Shown: positions 1-10,927 of the stretch, piece after piece
Position numbering within the stretch: the first letter of the stretch is position 1
How the letters are laid out: every line of letters begins with the position of its first letter
Assembly (NCBI GenBank): GCA_043228905.1
Contig: JBHGNT010000013.1
Location: forward strand, 12,648,001-12,712,000
Direction of reading: 5' to 3'
DNA length: 64,000 bases
Source: Azolla caroliniana
Lineage: Eukaryota > Plantae > Polypodiophyta
The notes under the pieces: model-generated
The model's input: the letters and a program-made list of their open reading frames with translations, nothing else
The model's database searches: none
Told to the model about the DNA's origin: nothing
Made by a program: the position numbers and the translations under genes

Positions 1-154
1 GAGACATATTCGTAAATACGTTTTCTGTGAGTCCATCGTGGATATATTTGTAAATAGCCGAAAAGTCATATTAGTATAAATATGACTTAGGGCAAACTTA
101 GTGATATAGTTGTTGTCATTCTTGTTGGTGTAAGATTAGAGTGCGTAACTGTGT

Positions 155-225
<71 letters not shown>

Positions 226-496
226 GAGATCGTTGCCTCTGTTGTAACTGTTGCGTGTGGCGAAGATTGCAAGCCTGAGGTTGTTGGCTCGGTGCTTTAC
301 TAGTGTACATTGTGATATAGTGATAGTTTGCAGTCTGTGGGCTACCGTGGTTTTTTCCCTAGTTTGGGTTTTCCACGATAACATCCTGTGTACTCTTCTC
401 TTCACTGCGTCGTGCGTTTCTTTACCCGTTTTCTGTGTTTGATCCTAGACTTGGTTGTGGCCGAGCATTGTGCTTAGGGAGCGTGTATTCCTGTCA
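1..496 (+). mobile_element. LTR (partial, cut by window start) abutting the tRNA-Ser array
   Basis: Homologous in reverse complement to the solo LTR at 38450-39140 (shared TAAATAGCC, TATTAGTATAAATATGAC, (AG)n tract, CCGTGGTTTTT, GGTTGTGGCCGAGCATT). Ends ...TTCCTGTCA at 496, where the tRNA-array spacer begins. Confidence 0.8.
161..222 (+). repeat. (AG)n microsatellite inside LTR
   Basis: Pure AG dinucleotide run. Confidence 0.98.
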
Positions 497-711
497 AGAT
501 TTATGTGTTCACTAGCAGGTGATTGCAATTACATTTCATTACGTGAGCTTGTTTTTACGATACCTAGCGAAGCCAATGTGCACAAATGCATCTTAGAAAG
601 TTTAGTTTTCTCTACGTGGTGACCAATCCTTCTTAAGATGGGATATTTATTGTTTAGCACATGTCAAGCTTGATGTAAATTACTAGCAACAATACCTAAG
701 TTCAAAAATAT

Positions 712-792
712 CAACAACTGCAAGATTTCAACATGCAAGGGCGAACCCATTTGATTTAAAGTCAAACACCTGAACCAGTAGGCCAAATTGTC
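712..792 (-). pseudogene. tRNA-Ser-derived pseudogene, anticodon mutated to TTA
   Basis: Anticodon arm TTTGA-CT TTA AA-TCAAA; damaged A box and T loop (GTTGAAAT). Confidence 0.75.
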
Positions 793-926
793 AAACTTAG
801 CTTTGTATTGAGAAAATTCTTCCATGGGACTTAATAAGTCATGCTTCTGTATGTGTGTCGCCTTGCTAAGAAGGAAGATGCATTGGTTCATAACACAAAC
901 TCTTGATGTAATTGAACGTACTCAAG

Positions 927-988
927 ACCTATGAGGGCAAACCCATTTGATTTCTACTCAAACGCCTTAACCACTCGGCCAAATTGTC
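927..988 (-). pseudogene. tRNA-Ser(AGA) pseudogene, 3' truncated
   Basis: D arm, anticodon arm (AGA) and variable arm present; T loop and 3' acceptor strand missing. Confidence 0.75.
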
Positions 989-1198
989 CTATTTTGCTAT
1001 TTATGATAACATATTTTAGTATTGGTAATAAGGCAGAAAATAGGACAATAATCAGTCTTGCTCATTGGGCTGCGAGACGATTTAAGTGTTCATGACTATG
1101 TTATTGCACATACATTCGATTACTCTTGGGATCTTTAATGTTAAAAGGAGAGAAGCTCAATGTTAGTGAAGGGTTTCCACACCTAAGAAAAACAATCT

Positions 1199-1279
1199 CG
1201 ACAACTATAGAATTCAAACCTACGAAGGGGTACCCATTTGATTTCAAGTCAAACGCTTTAACCACTCGGCCAAATTGCC
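1199..1279 (-). pseudogene. tRNA-Ser(TGA), diverged copy
   Basis: Full length, anticodon loop CTTGAAA, T loop GTTTGAAT mutated. Confidence 0.7.
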
Positions 1280-1594
1280 ATATTTCGTTCCGTGCAGTAC
1301 CACTATTAATATCTATTCAAGCTTGATATTAAGAGAAATAGAAACACTAGAAAGACTAGTTATTCTTAAGCGAATACTATGATTTATGTGTTCACGAGTA
1401 GGTTATTGCAATTACATTTCATTACGTGAGCTTGTTTTTCAGATACCTAGTGAAGCCAATGTTCACAAATGCGTCTTAGAAAGTTTAGTTTTCTCTATGT
1501 GGTGACCAATCTTTCCTTAGATGGGATGTTTATTGTTCATCACATGTCAAGCTCGATGTAAGTTACTAGCAACAATACCTTCGTGTAAAAATCT

Positions 1595-1675
1595 CGACAA
1601 ATCCAAGATTCGATCTTGCGAGGGGGAACCCATTTGATTTCGAGTCATATAGCTTAACCACTTGGCCACATTATC
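1595..1675 (-). pseudogene. tRNA-Ser(CGA), diverged copy
   Basis: Anticodon loop CTCGAAA; multiple stem mismatches. Confidence 0.7.
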
Positions 1676-1807
1676 ACACTTAGCTTCCAATTGCGAAAAT
1701 TCTTCCATGGGATTTAATAAGTCATGCTTTACGTGAGTCACCTTGTTAAGACGGAAGATGCATCAGTTCATAACACAAACTCTCGATGTAATTAAAGGAA
1801 AGAAAGT

Positions 1808-1881
1808 CGATAACTACAACACTATGAGGGCGAACCCATTTGATTTCTAGTGAAACGCCTTAACCACTCGACCAAATTGTC
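1808..1881 (-). pseudogene. tRNA-Ser(AGA) pseudogene with T-loop deletion
   Basis: Loop CTAGAAA; B box deleted. Confidence 0.72.
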
Positions 1882-2131
1882 CTATTTAGCTATCCATGAT
1901 AACCTATTTTTGTATTGGTCGCAATTGAATGTTGGAAATATTATATATCTGAGCATAATAATAAGGCCGAAAATAGGACAATAATGAGTCTTGATTCATT
2001 GGGTAGCGATACGATTTAATGGTTCATGAGTATGTTAGTGCACATACATTTGATTACTATCTGGATGTTAAATGTTTAAAGCACTGAAGGTGAATTTTAG
2101 TGAAGGGTTTCCCCACCCAAGAAAAAAATGT

Positions 2132-2212
2132 CGACAATTGCAGGATTCGAACCTACGAGGGCGAACCCATTTGATTTCAAGTCAAACGCCTTAACCACTC
2201 GGCCAAATTGTC
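2132..2212 (-). tRNA. tRNA-Ser: tRNA-Ser(TGA), apparently intact
   Basis: GACAATT/AATTGTC perfect acceptor stem, A box TGGCCGAGTGG, anticodon arm TTTGA-CTTGAAA-TCAAA, long variable arm GGG-TTCG-CCC, B box GGTTCGAATCC, discriminator G, T-run terminator just downstream. Confidence 0.9.
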
Positions 2213-2523
2213 CTATTATGCTATCTATGATAACATATTTTAGTATTGGATGTAATTAAATGTTCGAAATATTATCTATCTTAGCGTGGTAATAAGGTAG
2301 AAAATAGGACAATAATGAGTCTTGATTCATTGGGCCGCGAGATAATTTAAGTGTTCATGAGTATGTTAGTGCACATACATTTGATTAGTATTGGGATCTC
2401 TAATGTTTAAGTGTTGATGAGTATGTTAGTGCACATATATTCGATTACTATTGGGATCTTTAAGGTTTAAAGCACAAAAGCTCAATTTTAGTGAACGGTT
2501 TCCACACCTAAGAAAAAGAATGT

Positions 2524-2604
2524 CAACAACTATAGGATCCTAACCTACAAGGGCAACCCCATTTGATTTCAAGTTAAACGCCTTAACGACTTAGCCAAAT
2601 TGCC
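2524..2604 (-). pseudogene. tRNA-Ser(TGA), degenerate
   Basis: Same body; A and B boxes mutated. Confidence 0.7.
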
Positions 2605-2946
2605 ATATTTCCTTGGCTTCTATGAGATAGTACAACTATTAATATTTTGGGCAATCCGTCAAATGATTTTTTTAGCTAGCGCCATGTTACTGCACAAATA
2701 AACCGTTATATTAGAGAATTGTGAAAATACACAGACGGACCAATATTGACACATTTGACTTAAGCGGTCAAATATTCATGATATCTGTGGCCTCTCTAAG
2801 TTGTGATATGTATCAATTGGTTTTTCACACCAAGCCTCGATGTAAGTGAATGACGGCAACATCAAGGATGACAAAAGAAAATCTACAGATGTATGATTCC
2901 AACCTCCGAGAAGCAAACATTTGATTTGATTTAAGCAAAAGAATGT

Positions 2947-3027
2947 CGACGAGTGTAGGATTGGAACCTACGAGGGTGAACCAATTTGATTTCTAGTGAA
3001 ATGCCTTAACCACTCGGCCAAATTGTC
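2947..3027 (-). pseudogene. tRNA-Ser(AGA), diverged copy
   Basis: Loop CTAGAAA; mismatches in acceptor and anticodon stems. Confidence 0.7.
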
Positions 3028-3277
3028 CTATTTTGCTATTTATGATAACATATTTTAGTATTGGTTGTAATTGAATGTTGGAAATATTATCTATCTAAGC
3101 ATGGTAATAAGGCAAAAAATAGGACAATAATGAGTCTTGATTCATTGGGTAGCGATACGATTTAAGTGTTCATGAGAATGTTAGTGCACATACATTTGAT
3201 TACTATTGGGATCTTTAATGTTTAAAGCACAGAAGCTCGATTTTAGTGAACGGTTTCCACACCTAAGAAAAGAACGT

Positions 3278-3358
3278 CGACAACTGCAGAATTCAAACCT
3301 ACGAGGGTGAACCCATTTGATTTCAAGTCAAACACCTTAACCACTCGGCCAAATTGGC
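3278..3358 (-). pseudogene. tRNA-Ser(TGA), diverged copy
   Basis: Full length; T loop GTTTGAAT. Confidence 0.7.
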
Positions 3359-3714
3359 ATATTTTCTTGGCTTTTATGAGATAGTACAACTATTAATATT
3401 TTGGGCAATCTGTCAAATGAATTTTTTAGGTAGCACCATGTTATTGCACAAATATTCTTAAGAACACCAAAAAGACTAGTTATTCTTAAGCGAATACTAT
3501 GATTTATGTGTTCACGAGTAGGTTATTGCAATTACATTTCATTACGTGAGCTTGTTTTTCAGATACCTAGTGAAGCCAATGTTCACAAATGCGTCTTAGA
3601 AAGTTTAGTTTTCTCTATGTGGTGACCAATCTTTCCTTAGATGGGATGTTTATTGTTCATCACATGTCAAGCTCGATGTAAGTTACTAGCAACAATACCT
3701 TCGTGTAAAAATCT

Positions 3715-3795
3715 CGACAAATCCAAGATTCGATCTTGCGAGGGCGAACCCATTTGATTTCGAGTCATATAGCTTAACCACTTGGCCAAATTATC
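3715..3795 (-). pseudogene. tRNA-Ser(CGA), diverged copy
   Basis: Near-identical to 1595-1675. Confidence 0.7.
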
Positions 3796-3947
3796 ACACT
3801 TAGCTTCAAATTGCGAAAATTCTTCCATGGGACTTAATAAGTCATGCTTGAGTACGTGTGTCGCCTTGTTAAGACGGAAGATGCATCAGTTCATAACACC
3901 AACTCTTGATGTAATTAAAAGTACGTAACCCGTGACCGAAAGAAAGT

Positions 3948-4021
3948 CAACAACTACAACACTACGAGGGCGAACCCATTAGATTTCTAGTCAAAAGCCT
4001 TAACCACTCGGCCAAATTGTC
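3948..4021 (-). pseudogene. tRNA-Ser(AGA) pseudogene with T-loop deletion
   Basis: Same deletion as 1808-1881; its 5' end lies in the LINE target-site duplication. Confidence 0.72.
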
Positions 4022-4028
4022 CTATTTT

Positions 4029-5470
4029 TGTTTTTCCTTGAATGATTTTCTTCAAATAGGATTAAAACATCGAGAAAGTACAAGTGAAAGTTATCTTCCC
4101 ATAGGTTTAGAACCTAATGTATGTACATCTAAAATTGTACATCTAAATTTAGAAGGCCCCTTGAAAGACCATATCCATCTCCAATATGTTTTCAACTGCA
4201 ACATTGAGACACCCCAGTTAGTCCAATGTTTTTGTGCTGCTGGCGTCATTGCATTCATAAACCTTAGTAATGACCTTCCTAGCTTTACTGAATACTGAAA
4301 AAAGGGAACCTTTATGATATGTTCCCCCAAGGAATATGTCCAGAACCAACCGCCCGGATCCCATAGTAGTCTTGCAACAGGTTCTTTTGCATACAACCAC
4401 ATCATATCACACATATGTGCAATAGAAGGATAAGGATCCAACATCCACTTCTTTCCCATTTTTGCAATCACTTTGACTAGTGCATTCCACACTTGTTGAA
4501 AGTAGTTGTAGTCAAAAGCATAAGGCGACATTCTATTGTTATCAAGAACCTCAAAATAAGAGATGCACCCATTAGGTGAGATACCCTTGATAACCAACAA
4601 TGTATCATTTATGAAGCATCCAAACCAGAAATGCTCATGTATTGGTTTGAAAGACGCCGCTAATGAGGAATATGAAGCTGAAATGGCAGTCGTCATTATC
4701 CTGGCTCCATGAACAGTTTGTAGCTGCGCAAGTCGATCTGTTTGTGGCATGTGTTGGAAAGGAATCCAAGTATTTACAAAAGCAGTTGGCCCATTATCCA
4801 GTTTACCCCAGGCAAGGTGAGTTCTGAAACCCAATACTTTTCCTATATTATCCTGAAATAGATAATTTCCAAGAAGAGGCTAATTAAGCAATGCATCCCA
4901 TGTCGAAGGCTTCTCCTTAACTAGAAATGACTTGATCCCATCCCATGCCCTTATGATTCCTAACAAAAGAAGGTTAGAAGCTAAATCCCGCCTTGGCGTT
5001 TGTACGTCATTCAAGAACAACCATTTTAGAGAGGGAGACCAAATTCCCCCCGTCCTAGGACTTAACTTCATTAGTTGCTTTAGAAAATTCCTTTCCAGGC
5101 TCCTGACCCTGGTAACAATCCTCGAATCACAAACTTAACCAAGAGGGCTCTTGACTGCATCAAAGGATCTATCAAACCCAACCCTCCATGGATTTTAGGT
5201 TGAATCAGCACCTTCCAAGAAACTTTGGCTATTGTTCGAGATCCATTTTTTCCTCCCCAGAGGAAATTACCAATCAAGCTTTGTACTTTCATTATTGCTG
5301 ACCTTGAAAATAACCAAATAGAAGCTATAAACCACATGGAGGCCAAAAGTACTGAATTTGCTACTAGAACCCGACCTACAAAGGACAATTGTTGGACATC
5401 CCAATATAGAAGTTTATGCTTTATTGATAATAGCAACGGGGATAACATAACTTCTGATTTCAAATCTATA
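4029..5470 (-). mobile_element. 5'-truncated L1/Tx1-type LINE (ORF2 C-terminal part)
   Basis: LSFVGRVLVANSVL...NFLWGG...KVSW...PKIHGGLGL motif (5080-5463) and start of zf-RVT (WRWIWSFKGPSK). A-rich tail at 4025-4035. Direct repeat CCAAATTGTCCTATTTT at 4012-4028 and 5471-5487. Confidence 0.9.
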
Positions 5471-5731
5471 CCAAATTGTCCTATTTTGCTATCTATGATA
5501 ACATATTTTAGTATTGGTTGTAATTGAATGTTGGAAATATTATATATCTAAGCATGGTACTAAGGCAAAAAATAGGACAATAATGAGTCTTGATTCATTG
5601 GGTCGCGATACGATTTAAGTGTTCATGAGTATGTTAGTGCACATACATTTGATTACTATTGGGATCTTTAATGTTTAAAGCACTGAAGCTCAATGTTAGT
5701 GAAGGGTTTCCACACCTAAGAAAAAGAATGT

Positions 5732-5812
5732 CGACAACTGCAAGATTCGAACCTGCAAGGGCGAACCCATTTGATTTCAAGTCAAACACCTTAACCACTC
5801 GGCCAAATTGGC
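5732..5812 (-). tRNA. tRNA-Ser: tRNA-Ser(TGA), near-intact
   Basis: Intact A box, anticodon arm and GGTTCGAATC; one acceptor-stem mismatch. Confidence 0.7.
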
Positions 5813-6116
5813 ATATTATGCGATAACATATTTTAGTATTGGTTGGAATTAACTGTTGGAAATATTATCTATCTTAGCATGGTAATAAGGTAGAAAATAG
5901 GACAATAATGAGTCTTGATTCATTGGGTAACGATACGATTTAAGTGTTCATGAGTATGTTGGTGCACATACATTTGATTACTATTGGGATCTTTAATGTT
6001 TAAGTGTTCATGAGTATGTTAGTGCACATACATTTGATTACTATCGGAAACTTTAATGTTTAAAGCATAAAAGCTCCATGTTAGTGAAGGGTTTCCACAC
6101 CTAAAAAAAAGAATGT

Positions 6117-6197
6117 CAACAACTAGAGGATTCGAACCTAGAAGGGCGAACCCATTTGATTTCAAGTCAAATGCCTTAATCACTCGGCCAAATTGCC
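6117..6197 (-). pseudogene. tRNA-Ser(TGA), diverged copy
   Basis: B box intact; T-stem and D-loop changes. Confidence 0.68.
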
Positions 6198-6469
6198 ATA
6201 TTTCCTTGGCTTCTATGAGATAGTACAACTATTTATATTTTGGGCAATCCGTCAAATGATTTTTTTAGCTAGCGCCATGTTACTACACAAATATTCGGTT
6301 ATATTAGAGAATTTTCAAAATACAAAGATGGGCCAATATTGACACATTTGACTTAAGTGATCAAATATTCATGATATATGTGGCCTCTCTAAGTTGTGAT
6401 ATGTATTGATTTTTCACACAAATCCTCGATGTAAGTGAATGACGGCAACACAAAGATTCCAATAGAAAA

Positions 6470-6550
6470 TTTACAAATGTACGATTCCAACCTCCGAGAA
6501 GCAAACATTTGATTTGGAGTGAACCGCCATAACCACTCGGGAAAATTGTT
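6470..6550 (-). pseudogene. Highly degenerate tRNA-Ser-derived copy (loop reads CCA)
   Basis: Recognisable body. Same slot type recurs at about 2881-2930 and 8803-8870. Confidence 0.55.
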
Positions 6551-6889
6551 TCTAGTTTTTATGAATCGATTTGAGTATTGTCCACACTAAAAGGTTGGCG
6601 ATATTATGTATCTAAGCTTGATTTTATGCGAAATAAAACCACTAGAAAGAGTTGTTATTCTTAAGCTAATACTACTATTTATGTGTTCACTAGTAGGTTA
6701 TTGCAATTACATTTCATTACGTGAGCTTGTTTTTACGATACCTAGAGAAGCCAATGTGCACAAATGTGTCTTAGAAAGTTTAGTTTAATCTATGTGGTAA
6801 CCAATCCTTCCTAAGATGGGATATTTATTCTTTAACACATGTCCCGCTCAATGTAAGTTACTAGCAATAATACCTCAGTGCTGAAATCT

Positions 6890-6970
6890 CGACAATTTCA
6901 AGATTTGAACTTGCAAGGACGAACCCATTTGATTTCGAGTCAAACACCTTAACCACTAGGCCAAATTGTC
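6890..6970 (-). tRNA. tRNA-Ser: tRNA-Ser(CGA), best-preserved CGA copy
   Basis: Perfect acceptor stem, TTTGA-CTCGAAA-TCAAA, T arm GCAAG-TTCAAAT-CTTGA. Confidence 0.62.
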
Positions 6971-7161
6971 ACACTTTGCTTTGTGTTGCGAAATTTTTTC
7001 CATGGGACTTAATAAGTCATGCTTATGTACGTGTGTCGGCTTGCTAAGACGAAAGATGCATTGGTTCATAACAGAAACTCTCGATGCATTGGCTTTTATG
7101 AGATAATAAAACTATGAAATATTTGGGCAACCCGTCAAATGATTTTTTTAGCTAGCGCTAT

Positions 7162-8605
7162 TGTGGTGTGCATATGTTCCTTTGTGCCACCCTTTTAGCT
7201 CACCCTTTTTAGGATGCACGTACTCAAGTTGACCCACCCTTTAAGCACACCCTTTTTAGGATGCGTGTGCCTAAAATGACCCACCCTTTTAGCACACCCT
7301 TTTTAGCCAAGCCAACCCAAATGGGTTCCGTTGTATCAACTATAAATTGATTAAGAAGTAAGATGCTAAGTAGATTGGTTTTGATCTCTGATGTGCATTT
7401 CACATAATGGTGGAGCTGACGGGTACCAACCCCCACATCCAAGCATCCACCTCTTTCGCTTCGTAGGTAGCATTGCCCTCGCCCTCGCCACCGACACTCT
7501 TGTTAGTGTCTTGTAGTAGTATCTCTTCCATTAGCACCGCCTTAGTTCACTAGTTAGGCCTCCCGATATCCATCGCTTCCTCCATCCAAGTCTTTTTTTG
7601 CGATCGCCATCTATACCTCTCTAGCACGCAAGCCCACTACACGTTCACCTTAGACACTCTCACTTTGTCACACCACTTTTATGTCTTGCCCCACCAACTC
7701 TTCCCCCTCACCTGAGGTTGCCCACTAACTTCTTGTCCCATGAGTTTCTCCGATCCCCGTACTACATGATAGCCCTCTTGTCCGCCACCTCAACCAAGTC
7801 CAAGTGGCCCTCAGTCCACATGAGTGATTTATCTTCGTCGCCATATGATCTTTCCTCGATCCCCCTCCGACACAATAGCCTTCCTGTCCCCCACCTCAGC
7901 AAAGTCTAGGTGTCCCTCAGTCTATAGGAGTGATTGATCTCTATTTGCCGATTGGTAGCTCGTTTTCCGTCACTAGCCCCATTCAACTATCAAGGCCAAT
8001 AGTTCCACTAGGATGTCCTCAACGTCGTTGCAACTCAACTACATCTCCGTAGATGTTTACATCCCCACACCATCTTTACCGAACGCCTCAACAAGACCCT
8101 CAAACACGAGATGGCTGCATAAATCAACCCTTTTCGAGCACTCTATGGGCGTAAACCTCACCTCGCACTAGAATCATCCATGGATTTCCATTTGAAACCT
8201 GCCATCAGATGCTCCCCCTCCTTCGACAAGCCATTGTTCTTGTTCTTGTTCATGTACCTATCATGTTCTTGTGCATGCCCCTCAGTCTCTTGTTTCTCGC
8301 AGGGGGGAAATGTGGTGTGCATGTGTTCCTTTGTGCCACCCTTTTAGCTCACCCTTTTTAGGATGCATGTACCCAAGTTGACCCACCCTTTTAGCACACC
8401 CTTTTTAGGATGTGTGTGCCCAAAATGATCCACCCTTTTAGCACACCCTTTTTAGGATGCGTGTGCCCAAAATGACCCACCCTTTTAGCATGCCCTTTTT
8501 AGCCAAGCCAACCCAACCCAAATGGGTTCCGTTGTATCAACTATAAATTGATTAAGAAGTAAGAAGCTAAGTAGACTGGTTTTGATCTCTTATGTGCATT
8601 TCACA
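7162..8605 (+). mobile_element. Non-autonomous LTR retrotransposon (TRIM-like)
   Basis: TG...CA direct repeats 7162-7404 and 8311-8605, PBS TGGTGGAGCTGACGGG (tRNA-Ala-like) at about 7408, PPT AGGGGGGAAA 8301-8310, 4-bp TSD CTAT, no recognisable coding interior. Confidence 0.9.
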
Positions 8606-8891
8606 CTATGTAATTGCACAAATATTCGGTCATATTAGAGAATTTTCAAAATACAGAGATGAGCCAATATTGACACATCTGACTTAAGCAGTCAAATATT
8701 CATGATATATGTCCCCTATCTAAGTTGTGATGTGTATTGGTTTGTCACACAAAGCGTCGATGTAAGTGAACAATGGCAACATCAAAGATTCTAAACGAAA
8801 ATCTACAAATGTAGGATTCCAAACTCCGAGAAGCAAACATTTGATTTGGAGTCAACCACCATAACCACTCAACAGCTAACCGAAAGAAAGC

Positions 8892-8972
8892 CAACAATTG
8901 CAGGATTCGAACCTACAAGGGCGAACCCATTTGATTTCTAGTCAAATGCCTTAACCACTCAGCCAAATTGTC
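8892..8972 (-). tRNA. tRNA-Ser: tRNA-Ser(AGA), near-intact
   Basis: GACAATT/AATTGTT acceptor stem, TTTGA-CTAGAAA-TCAAA, GGTTCGAATCC. Confidence 0.75.
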
Positions 8973-9287
8973 GTATTTTACTTTCTATGATAACATATTT
9001 TAATATTAGTTGTAATTAAATGTGGAAATATTATCTAAGTATGCTAATAAGGGAGAAAATAGGACAATTAGAAGTTTTTATTCTAGTGTTCACAAGTATG
9101 TTAGTGTACATACATTTGCTTACTATTGCCCCTTTCTCCATTCCCTCGGGAACCTAATATTGACATATGGGACATTAAAAGTCATGTTTCCTCTATGTGA
9201 GTCTGGTTCCTAAGATGGGATTTTTATTGTTTGAAGCAAAAAAGCTCAATGTGAGTGGCAGTTTCAACGCCTAAGCGAAAAGAATGG

Positions 9288-9362
9288 GTACAACTGCAGG
9301 ATTTCAACCTGCGAGGGCAAACCCATTTGATTTAAAGTCAAATACCGTAACCTCAAATTGCC
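9288..9362 (-). pseudogene. tRNA-Ser-derived pseudogene, loop reads TTA, D arm partly deleted
   Basis: TTTGA-CTTTAAA-TCAAA; last copy of the array. Confidence 0.65.
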
Positions 9363-9729
9363 ATAATTAATTGGCATCCCATGTATGCTTGATATTAAGC
9401 AAAACAAAAACACAAGAAAGTAGTTATTCTTATAAATACTAGGTCATTCGAAACCAGTAATATGTTGCAATTTAAGAAGTGTCCGTCCAAAAAGGCACAA
9501 AGTAGCTCATTTCACAAAAAGGACCATCGCATGCGTAAAGGGTTTTGGAAATTGAATCAAAATATATTGATTTATACCATGTCCAAAACTTTAGGGCTTT
9601 CAAAAAATGCCTCTAATAATCGACAGGTGAAATTTACAAGAGAATGTACAAAAATTACAAAATGACTAACATGTATAGTTATACAAATGTGTGAATCACC
9701 ATATTTATTTAACATACAATATCTACATA

Positions 9730-9984
9730 TCATATATGGGATCCATCACTTTTCAGAGATACGCTTTCCCCTTCAGACCCACCCGATGAGCTTTGTGAGG
9801 TCTCATCCTCATCGTCACTAGCAACCAATGCATTATCTTCATCCAATTGCAATCCAATGTCACCGTGATTATGAGACAGACTCATTGTTTGTCTCTGTGT
9901 TGCGTCAACAAACACATCTGGGATCTTCTCTTTTATTATTTGGATTGTAGTCTGTCTTAGATGGCCTGTTTTGGTCAAGGAGAA
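9730..9984 (-). pseudogene. C-terminal fragment of a probable transposon protein with acidic tail
   Basis: FSLTKTGHLRQTTIQIIKEK resembles AFTLTKVGCLRTTMIEIIKK at about 55165-55225 (+). Cut by the LTR at 9985. Confidence 0.5.
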
Positions 9985-10475
9985 TGTCACGGACACACCA
10001 ACCTTAGACTACGACAGAGCACAAATGACACCCGATAAGGTTACGAACGTGGAAGTCAACGTGATAAGGCTAGAAACTCGGGAAGTTGGGAGTGATGAGA
10101 TGAGGAACTTAAGACGCTAAGAAGAATAAAAAAGCATAAAGATAGAGATGTAAATAAAGGAGAGAAGATGGGGCTAAACAAGAATACTACATTGATGTGT
10201 CACTTACTGGTGTTGAATCCCTTGAAAGGGAGATCAAGAAGGTTCCAAGTATTTATACTGTAAGTTTAAGTACATGGATTAGAATATTTTGAAGAATATT
10301 CTAGAATCTTCTAGAACTTTGGAACTTTCTAGAACTTTGTAGATGTCTAGAGAGTATACCTAGATCATGTACATCTTATACAATGCTCATATGAAAATGG
10401 TTGACCATGATGTATTGTTCATGATATAAGTTCAATCCTCACCAACTATATATTTTATGTCATTGTATTGTGACA
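9985..10475 (-). mobile_element. 3' LTR of a truncated LTR retrotransposon
   Basis: TGTCAC...GTGACA termini; PPT GGGAGGATAA adjacent on the minus strand (10476-10485). Internal part 10251-10366 is repeated at 10929-11045. Confidence 0.75.
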
Positions 10476-10526
10476 TTATCCTCCCGTTTATGGCCGCCTT
10501 TTCGAAAGTGTAGTGTAGGGGTGAGC

Positions 10527-10927
10527 GGAGACTGGAACACCAATGGACGTGAGTGACCATGTGTGGTCCTCACCAGAGACTAGAACACCAACGGGCGTGA
10601 GTGACCATGTGCGGTCCTCACTGGAGACACGAACACCAACGGATGTGAGCAACCATGTACGGTCCTCACTTGGAACTAGGACACCAACGGGCGCGAGTGA
10701 CCATGTGAGCTCCTCACAAGAGACATAAACACCAATGGACATGAGTGACCATGTGCGGTCCTCACCGAGCAGTGGAACACCAATGAGCATGAGAGACCAC
10801 GTAGAGTCCTCATCGGGAACGCGAACACCAATGGGCGTGAGAGACCATGTACGATCTTCACCGGGAACTAGAACACCAACAGGCGTGAGTGACCATGTGC
10901 GGTTCTCACCGGGCATTGGAACACCAA
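10527..10927. repeat. 48-bp tandem repeat, about 8.3 copies
   Basis: GAACACCAA-like motif recurs at 10535, 10583, 10631 ... 10919. Confidence 0.95.

Larger units (their letters stand above)
497..9440 (-). repeat. Higher-order tandem array of tRNA-Ser genes/pseudogenes (about 19 copies) with conserved spacers
   Basis: Recurring 81-nt tRNA-Ser body every 200-450 bp. Spacers recur too; about 1346-1790 is near-identical to 3466-3910 (offset 2120). Confidence 0.92.

Noticed and set aside
87-442. ORFs with SLSLSL runs (also 38689-38928, and the CV-rich ORFs at 52035-52325)
   Set aside because: Translations of microsatellites.
7405-7425. tmRNA-like 3' end match at the TRIM PBS
   Set aside because: Short similarity is explained by a diverged tRNA-Ala primer site.
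497-9440. Organellar DNA insertion or selenocysteine tRNA
   Set aside because: Bodies are cytosolic-type tRNA-Ser with Pol III boxes, no organellar genes are adjacent, and no TCA anticodon was seen.
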